Source: Eledone cirrhosa (Eukaryota). From it: a stretch of 64,000 nucleotides of DNA. Below the pieces are notes generated by a model. That model had not been told where the DNA came from, did not search any database, and worked only from the letters and a program-made list of their open reading frames with translations. The stretch covers positions 405,914,001-405,978,000 of the forward strand of contig OZ024740.1 of NCBI GenBank assembly GCA_964016885.1. The letters run 5' to 3'. A program made the position numbers and the translations under genes. Below are positions 19,901-34,900 of this stretch, piece by piece (position 1 is the stretch's first letter; each line of letters opens with the position of its first letter).

Positions 19901-22900
19901 AGTTATAGTGTTGGTTTCACAATTGTGTATATGGCCTAGTAGTTATAGGGATGGTTTCACAATTGTGTATATGGCCTAGAAGTTATAGTGTTGGCTTCAC
20001 AAATGTGTATATGGCCTAGTAGTTATAGTGTTGGCTTCACAATCGTGGATATGGCCTAGTATTTATAGTGTTGGCTTCATAATTGTGTATATGGCCTAAT
20101 ACTTATAGTGTTGGCTTCACAATTGGGTATATGGCCTTGTAGTTATAGTCTTGGCTTCACAGTTGTGTATATGGCCTAGTAGTTATAGTGTTGGTTTCAC
20201 AATTAGGTATATGGCCTAGTAGTTATAGTGTTGGCTTCACAATTGTGTATATGGCCGAATAGTTATAGTGTTGGCTTCACAATTAGGTATATGGCCTAGT
20301 AGTTAGAGTGTTTGCTTCACAATTGTATATATGGCCTAGTAGTTATAGTGTTGGTTTCACAATTGTGTATATGGCCTAGTAGTTATAATGTTAGATTCAC
20401 AATTGTGTGTATGACCTAGTAGTTATAGTGTTGGTTTCACAATTGTGTGTATGGCCTAGTAGTTATAGTGTTGGTTTGACAATTGTGTAAATGGCCTCTG
20501 GGTTATAGTGTTGTTTTCACTATTGTGTATATGGCCTAGTAGGTATAATGTTGGTTTCACAATTGTGTGTATGGCCTAGTAGTTAGAGTGTTGGCTTCAC
20601 AATTGTGTATATGGCCTAGTAGTTAGAGTGTTGGTTTCACAATTGTGTATATGGCCTAGTAGCTATAGTGTTGGCTTCAAAATTGTTAAAGTGGCCTAGC
20701 AGTTATAGTGGTGGTTTCACACTTGTGTATATAGCCTAGTAGTTATAGTGTTGGCTTCACAATTGTGTATATAGCCTAATAGTTATAGTGTTGGCTTCAC
20801 AATTGTGTATATGGCCTAGTAGTTATAGAGTTGGTTTCAAAATTGTGTATATGGCCTAGTAGTTCTAGTGTTGGCTTCACAAATGTGTATATGGCCTAGT
20901 AGTTAGAGTGTTGGCTTCACAATTGTGTATATGGCCTAGTAGTTATAGTGTTGGCCTCACAATTGTGTATATGGCCTAGTAGTTATAGTGTTGGTTTCAC
21001 AATTGTGTATAAGGCCTAGTAGTTATAGTGTTTGCTTAAGAATTGTGTATATGGTGTAATAGTGATAGTGTTGGCTTCACGATTGTGTATATGGCCTTGT
21101 AGTTATAGTGTTGGTTTCACAATTGTGTATAAGGTCTAAGAGTTATAGGGTTGGTTTAACATTTGTATATATGGCCTAGTAGTTATAGTGTTGGCTTCAC
21201 AAAATGTGTATATGGTCTAGTAGTTATAGTGTTGACTTCACAATTGTGTATATGCCTAGTAGTTAGAGTGTTGGCTTAAGAATTGTGTATATGGCCTAGT
21301 AGTTATAATGTTGGTTTCACAATTGTGTAAATGGCCTAGTAGTTATAGTGGTGGCTTCACAATTGTGTATATGGCCAAGTAGTTATAGTGTTGGTTTCAC
21401 AATTGTGTATATGGTCTACTAGTTATAGTATTGGCTTCACAATTATGTATATGGCCTAGTAGTTATAGTGTTGGCTTCACAATTGTGTATATGGCCTAAT
21501 AGTTATAGTGTTGGCTTCACAATTGTGTATATGGCCTCGTAGCTATAGTGTTGGTTTCACAATTGTGTATATGGCCTAGTAGTTATATTGTTGGCTTGGT
21601 AATTAGGTATATGGCCTAGTAGTTAGAGTGTTGGCTTCACAATCGTGTGTATGGTTTCATGGTTATAGTGTTGGTTTCATAATTGTGTGTATGGCTTAGT
21701 AGTTATAGTGTTGGTTTCATAATTGCGTATATGGCCTAGTAGTTATAGTGTTGTCTTCACAATTGTGTATATGGCCTAGTAGTTATAGGGTTGGTTTCAC
21801 AATTGTGTATATGGCCTAGAAGTTATAGTGTTGGCTTCACAAATGTGTATATGGCCTAGTAGTTATAGTGTTGGCTTCACAATCGTGGATATGGCCTAGT
21901 ATTTATAGTGTTGGCTTCACAATTGTGTATATGGCCTAATACTTATAGTGTTGGCTTCACAATTGGGTATATGGCCTTGTAGTTATAGTGTTGGCTTCAC
22001 AGTTGTGTATATGGCCTAGTAGTTATAGTGTTGGTTTCACAATTAGGTATATGGCCTAGTAGTTATAGTGTTGGCTTCACAATTGTGTATATGGCCTAGT
22101 AGTTATAGTGTTGGTTTCACAATTGTGTATATGGCCTAGTAGTTATAATGTTAGATTCACAATTGTGTGTATGACCTAGTAGTTATAGTGTTGGTTTGAC
22201 AATTGTGTAAATGGCCTCTGGGTTATAGTGTTGTTTTCACAATTGTGTATATGGCCTAGTAGTTATAATATTGGTTTCACAATTGTGTGTATGGCCTAGT
22301 AGTTAGAGTGTTGGCTTCACAATTGTGTATATGGCCTAGTAGTTATAGTGTTGGCTTCACAATTGTGTATATGGCCTAATAGTTATAGTGTTGGCTTCAC
22401 AATTGTGTATATGGCCTAGTAGTTATAGTGTTGGTTTCACAATTGTGTATATGGCCTAATAGTTATAGTGTTGGCTTCACAATTGTGTATATGGCCTCGT
22501 AGTTATAGTGTTGGCTTCACAATTGTGTATATAGTGCTAGTACTTATAGTGTTGGCTTCACAATTGTGTATATAGTGCTAGTACTTATAGTGTTGGCTTC
22601 ACAATTGTGTATATGGCCTAGTAGTTATAGAGTTGGTTTCACAATTGTGTATATGGCCTAGTAGTTATAGTGTTGGCTTCACAAATGTGTATATGACCAA
22701 GTAGTTATAGTGTTGGCTTCACAATTGTGTATATGGCATAGTAGTTATAATGTTCGTTTCACAATTGTGTATATGGCCTAGTAGTTATATTGTTGGCTTC
22801 ATAATTAGGTATATGGCCTAGTAGTTAGAGTGTTGGCTTCACAATCGTGTTTATGGCTTCATGGTAATAGTGTTGGTTTCATAATTGTGTGTATGGCCTA

Positions 22901-25900
22901 GTAGTTATAGTGTTGGTTTCATAATTGCGTATATGGCCTAGTAGTTATAGTGTTGGCTTCACAATTGTGTATATGGCCTAGTAGTTATAGTGTTGGTTTC
23001 ACAATTGTGTATATGGCCTAGTAGTTATAGGGATGGTTTCACAATTGTGTATATGGCCTAGAAGTTATAGTGTTGGCTTCACAAATGTGTATATGGCCTA
23101 GTAGTTATAGTGTTGGCTTCACAATCGTGGATATGGCCTAGTATTTATAGTGTTGGCTTCATAATTGTGTATATGGCCTAATACTTATAGTGTTGGCTTC
23201 ACAATTGGGTATATGGCCTTGTAGTTATAGTGTTGGCTTCACAGTTGTGTATATGGCCTAGTAGTTATAGTGTTGGTTTCACAATTAGGTATATGGCCTA
23301 GTAGTTATAGTGTTGGCTTCACAATTGTGTATATGGCCGAATAGTTATAGTGTTGGCTTCACAATTAGGTATATGGCCTAGTAGTTAGAGTGTTTGCTTC
23401 ACAATTGTATATATGGCCTAGTAGTTATAGTGTTGGTTTCACAATTGTGTATATGGCCTAGTAGTTATAATGTTAGATTCACAATTGTGTGTATGACCTA
23501 GTAGTTATAGTGTTGGTTTCACAATTGTGTGTATGGCCTAGTAGTTATAGTGTTGGTTTGACAATTGTGTAAATGGCCTCTGGGTTATAGTGTTGTTTTC
23601 ACTATTGTGTATATGGCCTAGTAGGTATAATGTTGGTTTCACAATTGTGTGTATGGCCTAGTAGTTAGAGTGTTGGCTTCACAATTGTGTATATGGCCTA
23701 GTAGTTAGAGTGTTGGTTTCACAATTGTGTATATGGCCTAGTAGCTATAGTGTTGGCTTCAAAATTGTTAAAGTGGCCTAGCAGTTATAGTGGTGGTTTC
23801 ACACTTGTGTATATAGCCTAGTAGTTATAGTGTTGGCTTCACAATTGTGTATATATCCTAATAGTTATAGTGTTGGCTTCACAATTGTGTATATGGCCTA
23901 GTAGTTATAGAGTTGGTTTCAAAATTGTGTATATGGCCTAGTAGTTCTAGTGTTGGCTTCACAAATGTGTATATGGCCTAGTAGTTAGAGTGTTGGCTTC
24001 ACAATTGTGTATATGGCCTAGTAGTTATAGTGTTGGCCTCACAATTGTGTATATGGCCTAGTAGTTATAGTGTTGGTTTCACAATTGTGTATATGGCCTA
24101 GTAGTTATAGTGTTTGCTTAAGAATTGTGTATATGGTGTAATAGTGATAGTGTTGGCTTCACGATTGTGTATATGGCCTTGTAGTTATAGTGTTGGTTTC
24201 ACAATTGTGTATAAGTTCTAAGAGTTATAGGGTTGGTTTAACATTTGTATATATGGCCTAGTAGTTATAGTGTTGGCTTCACAAAATGTGTATATGGTCT
24301 AGTAGTTATAGTGTTGACTTCACAATTGTGTATATGCCTAGTAGTTAGAGTGTTGGCTTAAGAATTGTGTATATGGCCTAGTAGTTATAATGTTGGTTTC
24401 ACAATTGTGTAAATGGCCTAGTAGTTATAGTGGTGGCTTCACAATTGTGTATATGGCCAAGTAGTTATAGTGTTGGTTTCACAATTGTGTATATGGTCTA
24501 CTAGTTATAGTGTTGGCTTCACAATTATGTATATGGCCTAGTAGTTATAGTGTTGGCTTCACAATTGTGTATATGGCCTAATAGTTATAGTGTTGGCTTC
24601 ACAATTGTGTATATGGCCTCGTAGCTATAGTGTTGGTTTCACAATTGTGTATATGGCCTAGTAGTTATATTGTTGGCTTGGTAATTAGGTATATGGCCTA
24701 GTAGTTAGAGTGTTGGCTTCACAATCGTGTGTATGGTTTCATGGTTATAGTGTTGGTTTCATAATTGTGTGTATGGCTTAGTAGTTATAGTGTTGGTTTC
24801 ATAATTGCGTATATGGCCTAGTAGTTATAGTGTTGTCTTCACAATTGTGTATATGGACTAGTAGTTATAGGGTTGGTTTCACGATTGTGTATATGGCCTA
24901 GAAGTTATAGTGTTGGCTTCACAAATGTGTATATGGCCTAGTAGTTATAGTGTTGGCTTCACAATCGTGGATATGGCCTAGTATTTATAGTGTTGGCTTC
25001 ACAATTGTGTATATGGCCTAATACTTATAGTGTTGGCTTCACAATTGGGTATATGGCCTTGTAGTTATAGTGTTGGCTTCACAGTTGTGTATATGGCCTA
25101 GTAGTTATAGTGTTGGTTTCACAATTAGGTATATGGCCTAGTAGTTATAGTGTTGGCTTCACAATTGTGTATATGGCCTAGTAGTTATAGTGTTGGTTTC
25201 ACAATTGTGTATATGGCCTAGTAGTTATAATGTTAGATTCACAATTGTGTGTATGACCTAGTAGTTATAGTGTTGGTTTGACAATTGTGTAAATGGCCTC
25301 TGGGTTATAGTGTTGTTTTCACTATTGTGTATATGGCCTAGTAGTTATAATGTTGGTTTCACAATTGTGTGTATGGCCTAGTAGTTAGAGTGTTGGCTTC
25401 ACAATTGTGTATATGGCCTAGTAGTTATAGTGTTGGCTTCACAATTGAGTATATGGCCTAGTAGCTATAGTGTTGGCTTCAAAATTGTGAAAGTGGCCTA
25501 GCAGTTATAGTGGTGGTTTCACACTTGTGTATATAGCCTAGTAGTTATAGTGTTGGCTTCACAATTGTGTATATGGCCTAATAGTTATAGTGTTGACTTC
25601 ACAATTGTGTATATAGCCTAGTAGTTCTAGTGTTGGCTTCACAAATGTGTATATGGCCTAGTAGTTATAGTGTTAGCTTTACAATTGTGTATATGGCCTA
25701 GTAGTTATAGAGTTGGTTTCAAAATTGTGTATATGGCCTAGTAGTTCTAGTGTTGGCTTCACAAATGTGTATATGGCCTAATAGTTATAGTGTTGGCTTC
25801 ACAACTGTGTATATGGCCTAGTAGTTATAGTGTTGGCTTCACAATTGTGTATATGGCCTAGTAGTTATAGTGTTGGTTTCACAATTGTGTATATGGCCTA

Positions 25901-28900
25901 GTAGTTATAGTGTTGGCTTCACAATTGTGTATATGACCTAGTAGTTATAGTGTTTGCTTAAGAATTGTGTATATGGTCTAATAGTGATAGCGTTGGCTTC
26001 ACAATTGTGTGTATGGCCTCATGGTTATAGTGTTGGTTTCACAATTGTGTATATGGTCTAGTATTTATAGTGTTGGCTTCACAATTGTGTATGTGCCTAG
26101 TAGTTAGAATGTTGGCTTCACACTTGTGTATATGGCCTAGTAGTTATAGTGTTGGCTTCATAATTATGTATATGGCCTAATAACTATTGTGTTGGCTTCA
26201 CAATTATGTGTATGGCCTAGTAGCTATAGGGTTGGCTTCACAATTGTGTGTATGGCAGCATGGTTATCGTGTTGGTTTCACAATTTTGTATATGGTCTAG
26301 TACTTATAGTGTTGGTTTCACAATTGTGTATATGGCCTAGTAGTTATAGTGTTACCTTCACAATTGTGTATATGGCATAGTAGTAATAATGTTGGTCACA
26401 CAATTGTGTATATGGCCTAGTAGTTATAATGTTGGTTTCACAATTGTATGTATGTCCTAGTAGTTATAGTGTTGGCTTCACAATTGTGTGTATGGCCTAG
26501 TAGTTATAGTGTTGGCTTCACAATTGTGTATATAGCCTAGTAGTTAGAGTGTTGGCTTCAAAATTGTGAAAGTGGCTTAGTAGCTATAGTGTTGGCTTCA
26601 AAATTGTGAAAGTGGCCGAACAGTTATAGTGTTTGTTTCACACTTGTGTATATAGCCTAGTAGATATAGTGTTGGCTTCACAATTGTGTATATGGCCTAA
26701 TAGTTATAGTGTTAGCTTCACAATTGTGTATATGGCCTAATAGTTATAGTGTTGACTTCACAATTGTGTATATGGCCTAGTAGTTTTAGTGTTAGCTTCA
26801 CAATTGTGTATAGGGCCTAGTAGTTATAGTGTTGGTTTCACAATTGTGTATAAGGCCTAATAGTTATAGTGTCGGCTTCACAATTGTGTATATCGCCTAG
26901 TAGTTATAGTGTTGGCTTCACAATTGTGTATATGGCCTAGTACTTATAGTGTTGGCTTCACAATTGTGTATATGGCCTAGTAGTTATAGTGTTGGCTTCA
27001 TAATTAGGTATATCGCTTAGTAGTTAGAGTGTTGGCTTCACAATTGTGTATATGGCCTCATGGTTATAGTGTTGGTTTCATGATTGTGTGTATGGCCTAG
27101 TAGTTATAGTGTTAGCTTCACAATTGTGTATATGGCCTAGTAGTTATAGTGTTGGTTTCACAATTGTGTATATGGCCTAGTAGTTATAGGGTTGGTTTCA
27201 CAATTGTGTATATGGCCTAGAAGTTATAGTGTTGGCTTCAAAAATGTGTATATTGCCTAGTAGTTATAGTGTTGGCTTCACAATTGTGTATATGGCCTAG
27301 TAGTTATAGTGTTGGCTTCACAATTTGGTATATGGCCTAATACTTATAGTGTTGGCTTCACAATTGTGTATATGACCTAGTAATTATAGTGTTGGCTTCA
27401 CAATTGTGTATATGGCCTAGTAGTTAGAGTTTTGGTTTCACAATTGTGTATATGGATTAGTAGTTATAGTGTTGGCTTCACAATTGTGTATATGGCCTAG
27501 GAGTTAGAATGTTGGCTTAAGAATAGAGTATATGGCCTAGTAGCTATAGTGGTGGCTTCACAATTGTGTATATGGACTAATAGTTATAGTGTTTGCTTCA
27601 CAATTGTGTATATGGCCTAGTAGTTATTGTGTTGGTTTCACAATTTTGTATATGGCCTACTAGTTATAGTGTTGGTTTCACAATTAGGTATATGGCCTAG
27701 TAGTTAGAGTGTTGGCTTCACAATTGTGTATATGGCCTCATGGTTATAGTGTTGGTTTCACAATTGTGTATATGGCCTAGTAGTTATAGGGTTGGTTTCA
27801 CAATTGTGTATATGGCCTAGAAGTTATAGTGTTGGCTTCAAAAATGTGTATATGGCCTAGTAGTTATAGTGTTGGCTTAACAATCGTGTATATGGCCTAG
27901 TAGTTATAGTGTTGGCTTCACAACTTGGTATATGGCCTAATACTTATAGTGTTGGCTTCACAATTGTGTATATGACCTAGTAATTATAGTGTTGGCTTCA
28001 CAATTGTGTATATGGCCTAGTAGTTAGAATTTTGGCTTCACAATTGTGTATATGGATTAGTAGTTATAGTGTTGGCTTCACAATTGTGTATATGGCCTAG
28101 GAGTTAGAATGTTGGCTTAAGAATTGAGTATATGGCCTAGTAGCTATAGTGGTGGCTTCACAATTGTGTATATGGACTAATAGTTATAGTGTTTGCTTCA
28201 CAATTGTGTATATGGCCTAGTAGTTATTGTGTTGGTTTCACAATTTTGTATATGGCCTACTAGTTATAGTGTTGGTTTCACAATTAGGTATATGGCCTAG
28301 TAGTTAGAGTGTTGGCTTCACAATTGTGTATATGGCCTCATGGTTATAGTGTTGGTTTCACAATTGTGTGTATGGCCTAGTAGTTAGAGTGTTGGCTTCA
28401 CAATTGTGTATATGGCATAGTAGTTATAGGGTTGGTTACACAATTGTGTATATGTCCTAGTAGTTATAATGTTGGCTTCACAATTGTGTGTATGACCTAT
28501 TAGTTATAGTGTTGGGTTCACAATTGTGTATATGGCCTAGTAGTTATAGTGTTGATTCACAATTGTGTGTATGGCATCACGGTTATAGTGTTGGTTTCAC
28601 AATTGTGTATATGGCCTAGTAGTTATAGTGTTGACTTCACAATTGTGTATATGGCCTAGTAGTTAGAGTGTTGGCTTAAGAATTGTGTATATGGCCTAGT
28701 AGTCATAGTGTTGGCTTCACAATTGTGTATATGGCCTAGTAGTTATAATATTTGGTTTGACAATTATGTAAATGGCCTCTGGGTTATAGTGTTGTTTTCA
28801 CAATTGTGTATATGTCCTAGTAGTTATATGTTGGTTTCACAATTGTGTGTATGTCCTAGTAGTTATAGTGTTGGCTTCACAAATGTGTATATGGTCTAGT

Positions 28901-31900
28901 AGTTATAGTGTTGGCTTCACAATTGTGTATATGGCCTAGTAGTTAGAGTGTGGGCTTCACAATTGTGTATATGGCCTAGTAGTTATAGTGTTGGATGCAG
29001 AATTGTATATATGGCCTAGTAGTTATAGTGTTGGCTTCACAATTAGGTATATGGCCTAGTAGTTATAATGTTGGTTTCACAATCGTGTGTATGGCCTAGT
29101 AGTTATAGTGTTGGCTTCACAAATGTGTATATGGTCTAGTAGTTATAGTGTTGCCTTCACAATTGTGTATATGGCCTAGTAGTTAGAGTGTTGGCTTCAC
29201 AATTGTGTATATGGCTTAGTAACTATAGTGTTGGTTTCAAAATTGTGAAAGTGGCCTAGCAGTTATAGTGTTTGTTTCACACTTCTGTATATAGCCTAGT
29301 AGATATAGTGTTGGCTTCAAAATTGTTTATATGGCCTAATAGTTATAGTGTTAGCTTTACAATTGTGTATATGGCCTAGTAGTTATAGTGTTGGCTTCAC
29401 AATTGTGTATATGGCCTAGTGGTTATAATGGTTGGTTTCACAATTTTGTGTATGGCCTAGTAGTTATAGTGTTGGTTTTACAACTGTGTATATGGCCCAG
29501 TAGTTATAATGTTGGTTTCACAATCGTGTGTATGGCCTAGTAGTTATAGTGTTGTCTTCACAAATGTGTATATGGTCTAGTAGTTATAGTGTTGGTTTCA
29601 CAATTAGGTTTATGGCCTAGTAGTTAGAGTCTTGGCTTCACAATTGTGTATATGGCCTCATGGTTATAGTGTTGGTTTTACAATAGTGTGTATGGCCTAG
29701 TAGTTATAGGGTTGGTTTAACATTTGTGTATATGGCCTAGTAGTTATAGTGTTGGCTTCATAATTGTGTATATGGGATAATAGTTATAATGTTTGTTTCA
29801 CAATTATTTATATGGCCTAGTAGTTATAATGTTGGATTCACAATTGTGTGTATGACCTAGTAGTTATAGTGTTGGCTTCACAATTAGGTATACAGACTAA
29901 TAGTAAGAGTGTTGGCTTCACAATTGTGTGTATGGCCTAGTAGTTATAGGGTTGGCTTCACAATTGTGTGTATGGCATCATGGTTATAGTGTTGGCTTCA
30001 CGATTGTGTGTATGGCCTCATGGTTATAGTGTTGGTTTCACAATTGTGTATATGGTCTAGTATATATAGGGTTGGTTTCACAATTGTGGATATGGCCTAG
30101 TAGTTATACTGTTGGTTTCACAATTGTGTACATGGCCTAGTAGTTAGAGTGTTGGCTTCACACTTGTGTATATGGCCTAGTAGTTATAATGTTTGTTTCA
30201 CAATTGTTTATATGGCCTAGTAGTTATAATGTTGGCTTCACAATTGTGTATATGGCCCAGTAGTTATAGTGTTGGCTTCACAATTGTTTGTATGGCCTCA
30301 TCGTTATAGTGTTGGTTTCAATATTGTGTATATGGCCTATTAGTTATAGTGTTGACTTCACAATTGTGTATATGGCCTAGTAGTTATAGTGTTGGCTTCA
30401 CAATTGTGTATATGGCCTAGTAGTTATAATGTTGGTTTCACAATTGTGTATATGGCCTACTAGTTATAGTGTTGGTTTCACAATTAGGTTTATGGCCTAG
30501 TAGTTAGAGTCTTGGCTTCACATTTGTGTATATGGCCTAGTACTTATAGTGTTGGTTTCAGAATTGTGTATATGGCCTAGTAGTTATAGGGTTGGTTTAA
30601 CATTTGTGTTTATGGCCTAGTAGTTATAGTGTTGGCTTCACAATTGTGTGTATGGCGTAATAGTTATAATGTTTGTTTCACAATCGTGTATATGGCCTAG
30701 TAGTTATAATGTTGGCTTCACAATTGTGTGTATGGCCTCATGGTTATAGGGTTGGTTTCACAATTGTGTGTATGGCATAATAACTATAGTGTTGGCTTCA
30801 CGATTGTATGTATGACCTAGTAGTTATAGTGTTGGCTTCACAATTGTGTGTATGGCCTCATGGTTATAGTGTTGGTTTCACAATTCTGTATATGGCCTAG
30901 TAGTTATAGTGTTGGTTTGACAATTGTGTAAATTGGCTTCTGGGTTATAGTGTTGTTTTCACAATTGTGTATATGGCCTAGTGGTTATAATGTTGGTTTC
31001 ACAATTGTGTGTATGGCCTAGTATATATAGTGTTGGCTTCACAACTGTGTATATGGCCTAGTAGTTATAATGTTGGTTTCACAATCGTGTATATGGCCTA
31101 GTAGTTATAGTGTTGGCTTCACAAATGTGTATATGGTTTAGTTGTTATAGTGTTGGCTTCACAATTGTGTATATGGCCTAGTAGTTATAGTGTTGGTTTC
31201 ACAATTGTGTATATGGCATAATAGTCATAATGTTTGTTTCACAATTGTGTATATGACCTAGTAGTTAAAGTGTTGGCTTAAGAATGGTGTATATGGCCTA
31301 GTAGTTATAGTGTTGGCTTCACAAATGTGTATATGGTTTAGTTGTTATTGTGTTGGCTTCACAATTGTGTATATGGCCTAGTAGTTATAGTGTTGGCTTC
31401 ACAAATGTCTATATGTCCTAGTAGTTATAGTGTTGGCTTCATATTGTGTATATGGACTAGCAGTTATAATGTTGGTTTGACAATTGTGTAAATGGCTTCT
31501 GGGTTATAGTTTTGTTTTCACAATTGTTTATATGGCTAAGTAGTTATAATGTTGGTTTCACAATTGTGTGTATGTCCTAGTAGTTATAGTGTTGGCTACA
31601 CAAATGTGTATATGGTCTAGTAGTTATAGTGTTGGCTTCACAATTGTTTATATGGCCTAGTGGTTATAATGTTGGTTTCACAATTGTGTGTATGGCCTCA
31701 TGGTTATAGTGTTGGTTTCACAACTGTGTATATGTCCTAGTAGTTATATTGTTGGTTTCACAATCGTGTATATGGCCTAGTAGTTATAGTGTTGGCTTCA
31801 CAATTGTGTATATGGCCTAGTATTTATAGTGTTGGTTTCACAATTGTGTATATGGCATAATAGTTATAATGTTTGTTTCACAATTGTGTATATGGCCTAG

Positions 31901-34900
31901 TAGTTATAATGTTTGTTTCACAAATGTGTATATGGTCTAGTAGTTATAGTGTTGGCTTCACAATTGTGTATATGGCCTAGTAGTTATAATGTTGGATTCA
32001 CAATTGTGTATATGGCCTAGTAGTTATAGTGTTGGCTTCACAATTGTGTATATGGCCTCATGGTTATAGTGTTGGTTTCACAATTGTGTGTATGGCCTAG
32101 TAATTATAGTGTTGGTTTCACAATTGTGTATATGGCTTAGTAGTTACAGTGTTGGCTTCACAATTGTGTATATGCCTAGTAGTTAGAGTGTTGGCTTTAC
32201 AATTGTGTATATGGCCTAGTAGTTATAGTGTTGGCTTCACAATAGTGTATATGGCCTAGTGGTTATAATGTCGGTTTCACAATCGTGTCTATGGCATAGT
32301 AGCTATAGTGTTAGCTTCAAAATTGTGAAAGTGGCCTAGCAGTTATAGTGTTTGTTTCACACTTGTGTATATAGCCTAGTACTTATAGTGTTGGCTTCAC
32401 AATTGTGTATATGGCCTAGTACTTATAGTGTTGGCTTCACAATTGTGTATATGGCCTAGTAGTTATAGTGTTGGCTTCACGATTGTGTATATGGACTAGT
32501 AGTTATAGTGTTGGTTTCACAATTGTGTATATGGCCTCATGGTTATAGTGACGGTTTCACAATTGTGTATATGGCCTAATAGTTATAATGTTTGTTTCAC
32601 AATTGTGTATATGGCCTAGTAGTTATAGTGTTGGCTTCACAATTATGTGTATGGCCTAGTAGTTATAGAGTTGACTTCACAATTGTGTATATGGCCTAGT
32701 AGTTAGAGTGTTGGCTTCACAATTGTTTATATGGCCTAGTAGTTATAATGTTGGTTTGACAATTGTGTAAATGGTCTCTGGGTTATAGTGTTGTTTTCAC
32801 AATTGTGTATATGGCCTAGTAGTTATAATGTTGGTTTCACAATTGTGTATATGGCCTAGTAGTTATAGTGTTGGCTTCACAATTATGTGTATGGCCTAGT
32901 AGTTATAGAGTTGACTTCACAATTGTGTATATGGCCTAGTAGTTAGAGTGTTGGCTTCACAATTGTTTATATGGCCTAGTAGTTATAATGTTGGTTTGAC
33001 AATTGTGTAAATGGTCTCTGCGTTATAGTGTTGTTTTCACAATTGTGTATATGGCCTAGTAGTTATAATGTTTGTTTCACAATTGTGTATATGGCCTAGT
33101 AGTTATAGTGTTGGCTTCACAATTATGTGTATGGCCTAGTAGTTATAGAGTTGACTTCACAATTGTGTATATGGCCTAGTAGTTAGAGTGTTGGCTTCAC
33201 AATTGTTTATATGGCCTAGTAGTTATAATGTTGGTTTGACAATTGTGTAAATGGTCTCTGGGTTATAGTGTTGTTTTCACAATTGTGTATATGGCCTAGT
33301 AGTTATAATGTTGTTTTCACAATTGTGTATATGGCCTAGTAGTTATAATGTTGGTTTCACAATTGTGTGTATGGCCTAGTAGTTATAGTGTTGGTTTCAG
33401 AACTGTGTATACGGCCTACTAGTTAGAGTGTTGGCTTCACAATTGTGTATATGGCTTAGTAGTTATAGTGTTGGCTTCACAATTGTGTATATGGCCTAGT
33501 ACTTATAGTGTTGGTTTCACAATTGTGTATATGGCCTAGTAGTTATAGCGTTGGCTTCACAATTGTGTACATGACCTAGTAGTTATAGTGTTGGTTTCAA
33601 ATATTTTATATGGCCTAACAACTATAGTGTTGGCTTCACAATTGTGTGTATGGCCTAGTAGTTATAGGGTTAGCTTCACAATTGTGTGTATGGCCTCATG
33701 GTTATAGTGTTGGCTTCACAAATGTGTATATGGTCTAGTAGTTATAGTGTTGGCTTCACAATTGTGTATATGGCCTAATAGTTATAGTGTTGGCTTAACA
33801 ATTGTGTATATGGCCTAGTAATTATAGTGTTGGCTTCACAATTGTGTATATAGACTAGTAGTTATAGTGTTGGTTTCACAATCGTGTATATGGCCTAGTG
33901 TTGGTTTGACAATTGTGTAAATGGCCTCTGGGTTATAGTGTTGTTTTCACAATTGTGTGTATGGCCTAATAGTTATAGTGTTGGCTTCACAACTGTGTAT
34001 ATGGCCTAGCAGTTATAACGTTGGTTTCACAATCGTATGTATGACCTCATGGTTATATTGTTGGTTTCACAATTGTGTATATGGCCTAGTAGTTATAGTG
34101 TTGACTTCACAATTGTGTATATGCCTAGTAGTTATAGTGTTGGTTTGACAATTGTGTAAATGGCCTCTGGGTTATAGTGTTGTTTTCACAATTGTGTGTA
34201 TGGCCTAATAGTTATAGTGTTGGCTTCACAACAGTGTATATGGCCTAGTAGTTATAGTGTTGGCTTCACAATTGTGTATATGGCCTAGTAGTTAGAGTGT
34301 TGGCTTCACAATTGTGTATATGGCCTAGTAGTTAGAGTGTTGGCTTCACAATTGTGTATATGGCTTAGTAGCTATAGTGTTGGCTTCAAAATTGTGAAAG
34401 TGGCCTAGCAGTTATAGTGTTTGTTTCACACTTGTGTATATAGCCTAGTAGTTATAGTGTTGGCTTCACAAATGAGTATATGGTCTAGTAGTTATAGTGT
34501 TGGCGTCACAATTGTGTATACGGCCTAGTGGTTATAATATTGGTTTCACAATTGTGTGTAAGGCCTAGTAGTTATAGTGTTGGCTTAACAAATGTGTATA
34601 TGGTTTAGTAGTATTAATGTTGGCTTCACAATTGTGTATATGGCCTATTAGTTAGAGTGTTGGCTTCAGAATTGTGTATATGGCTTAGTAGCCATAGTGT
34701 CGACTTCAAAATTGTGAAAGTGGCCTAGCAGTTATAATGTTCTTTTCACACTTGTGTATATAGCCTAGTAGATATAGTGTTGGCTTCACAATTGTGTATA
34801 TGGCCTTATAGTTATAGTGTTGGCTTCCCAATTGTGTATATGGCCTACTAGTTATAGTGTTGGCTTCACAATTGTGTGTATGGCCTCATGGTTATAGTGT

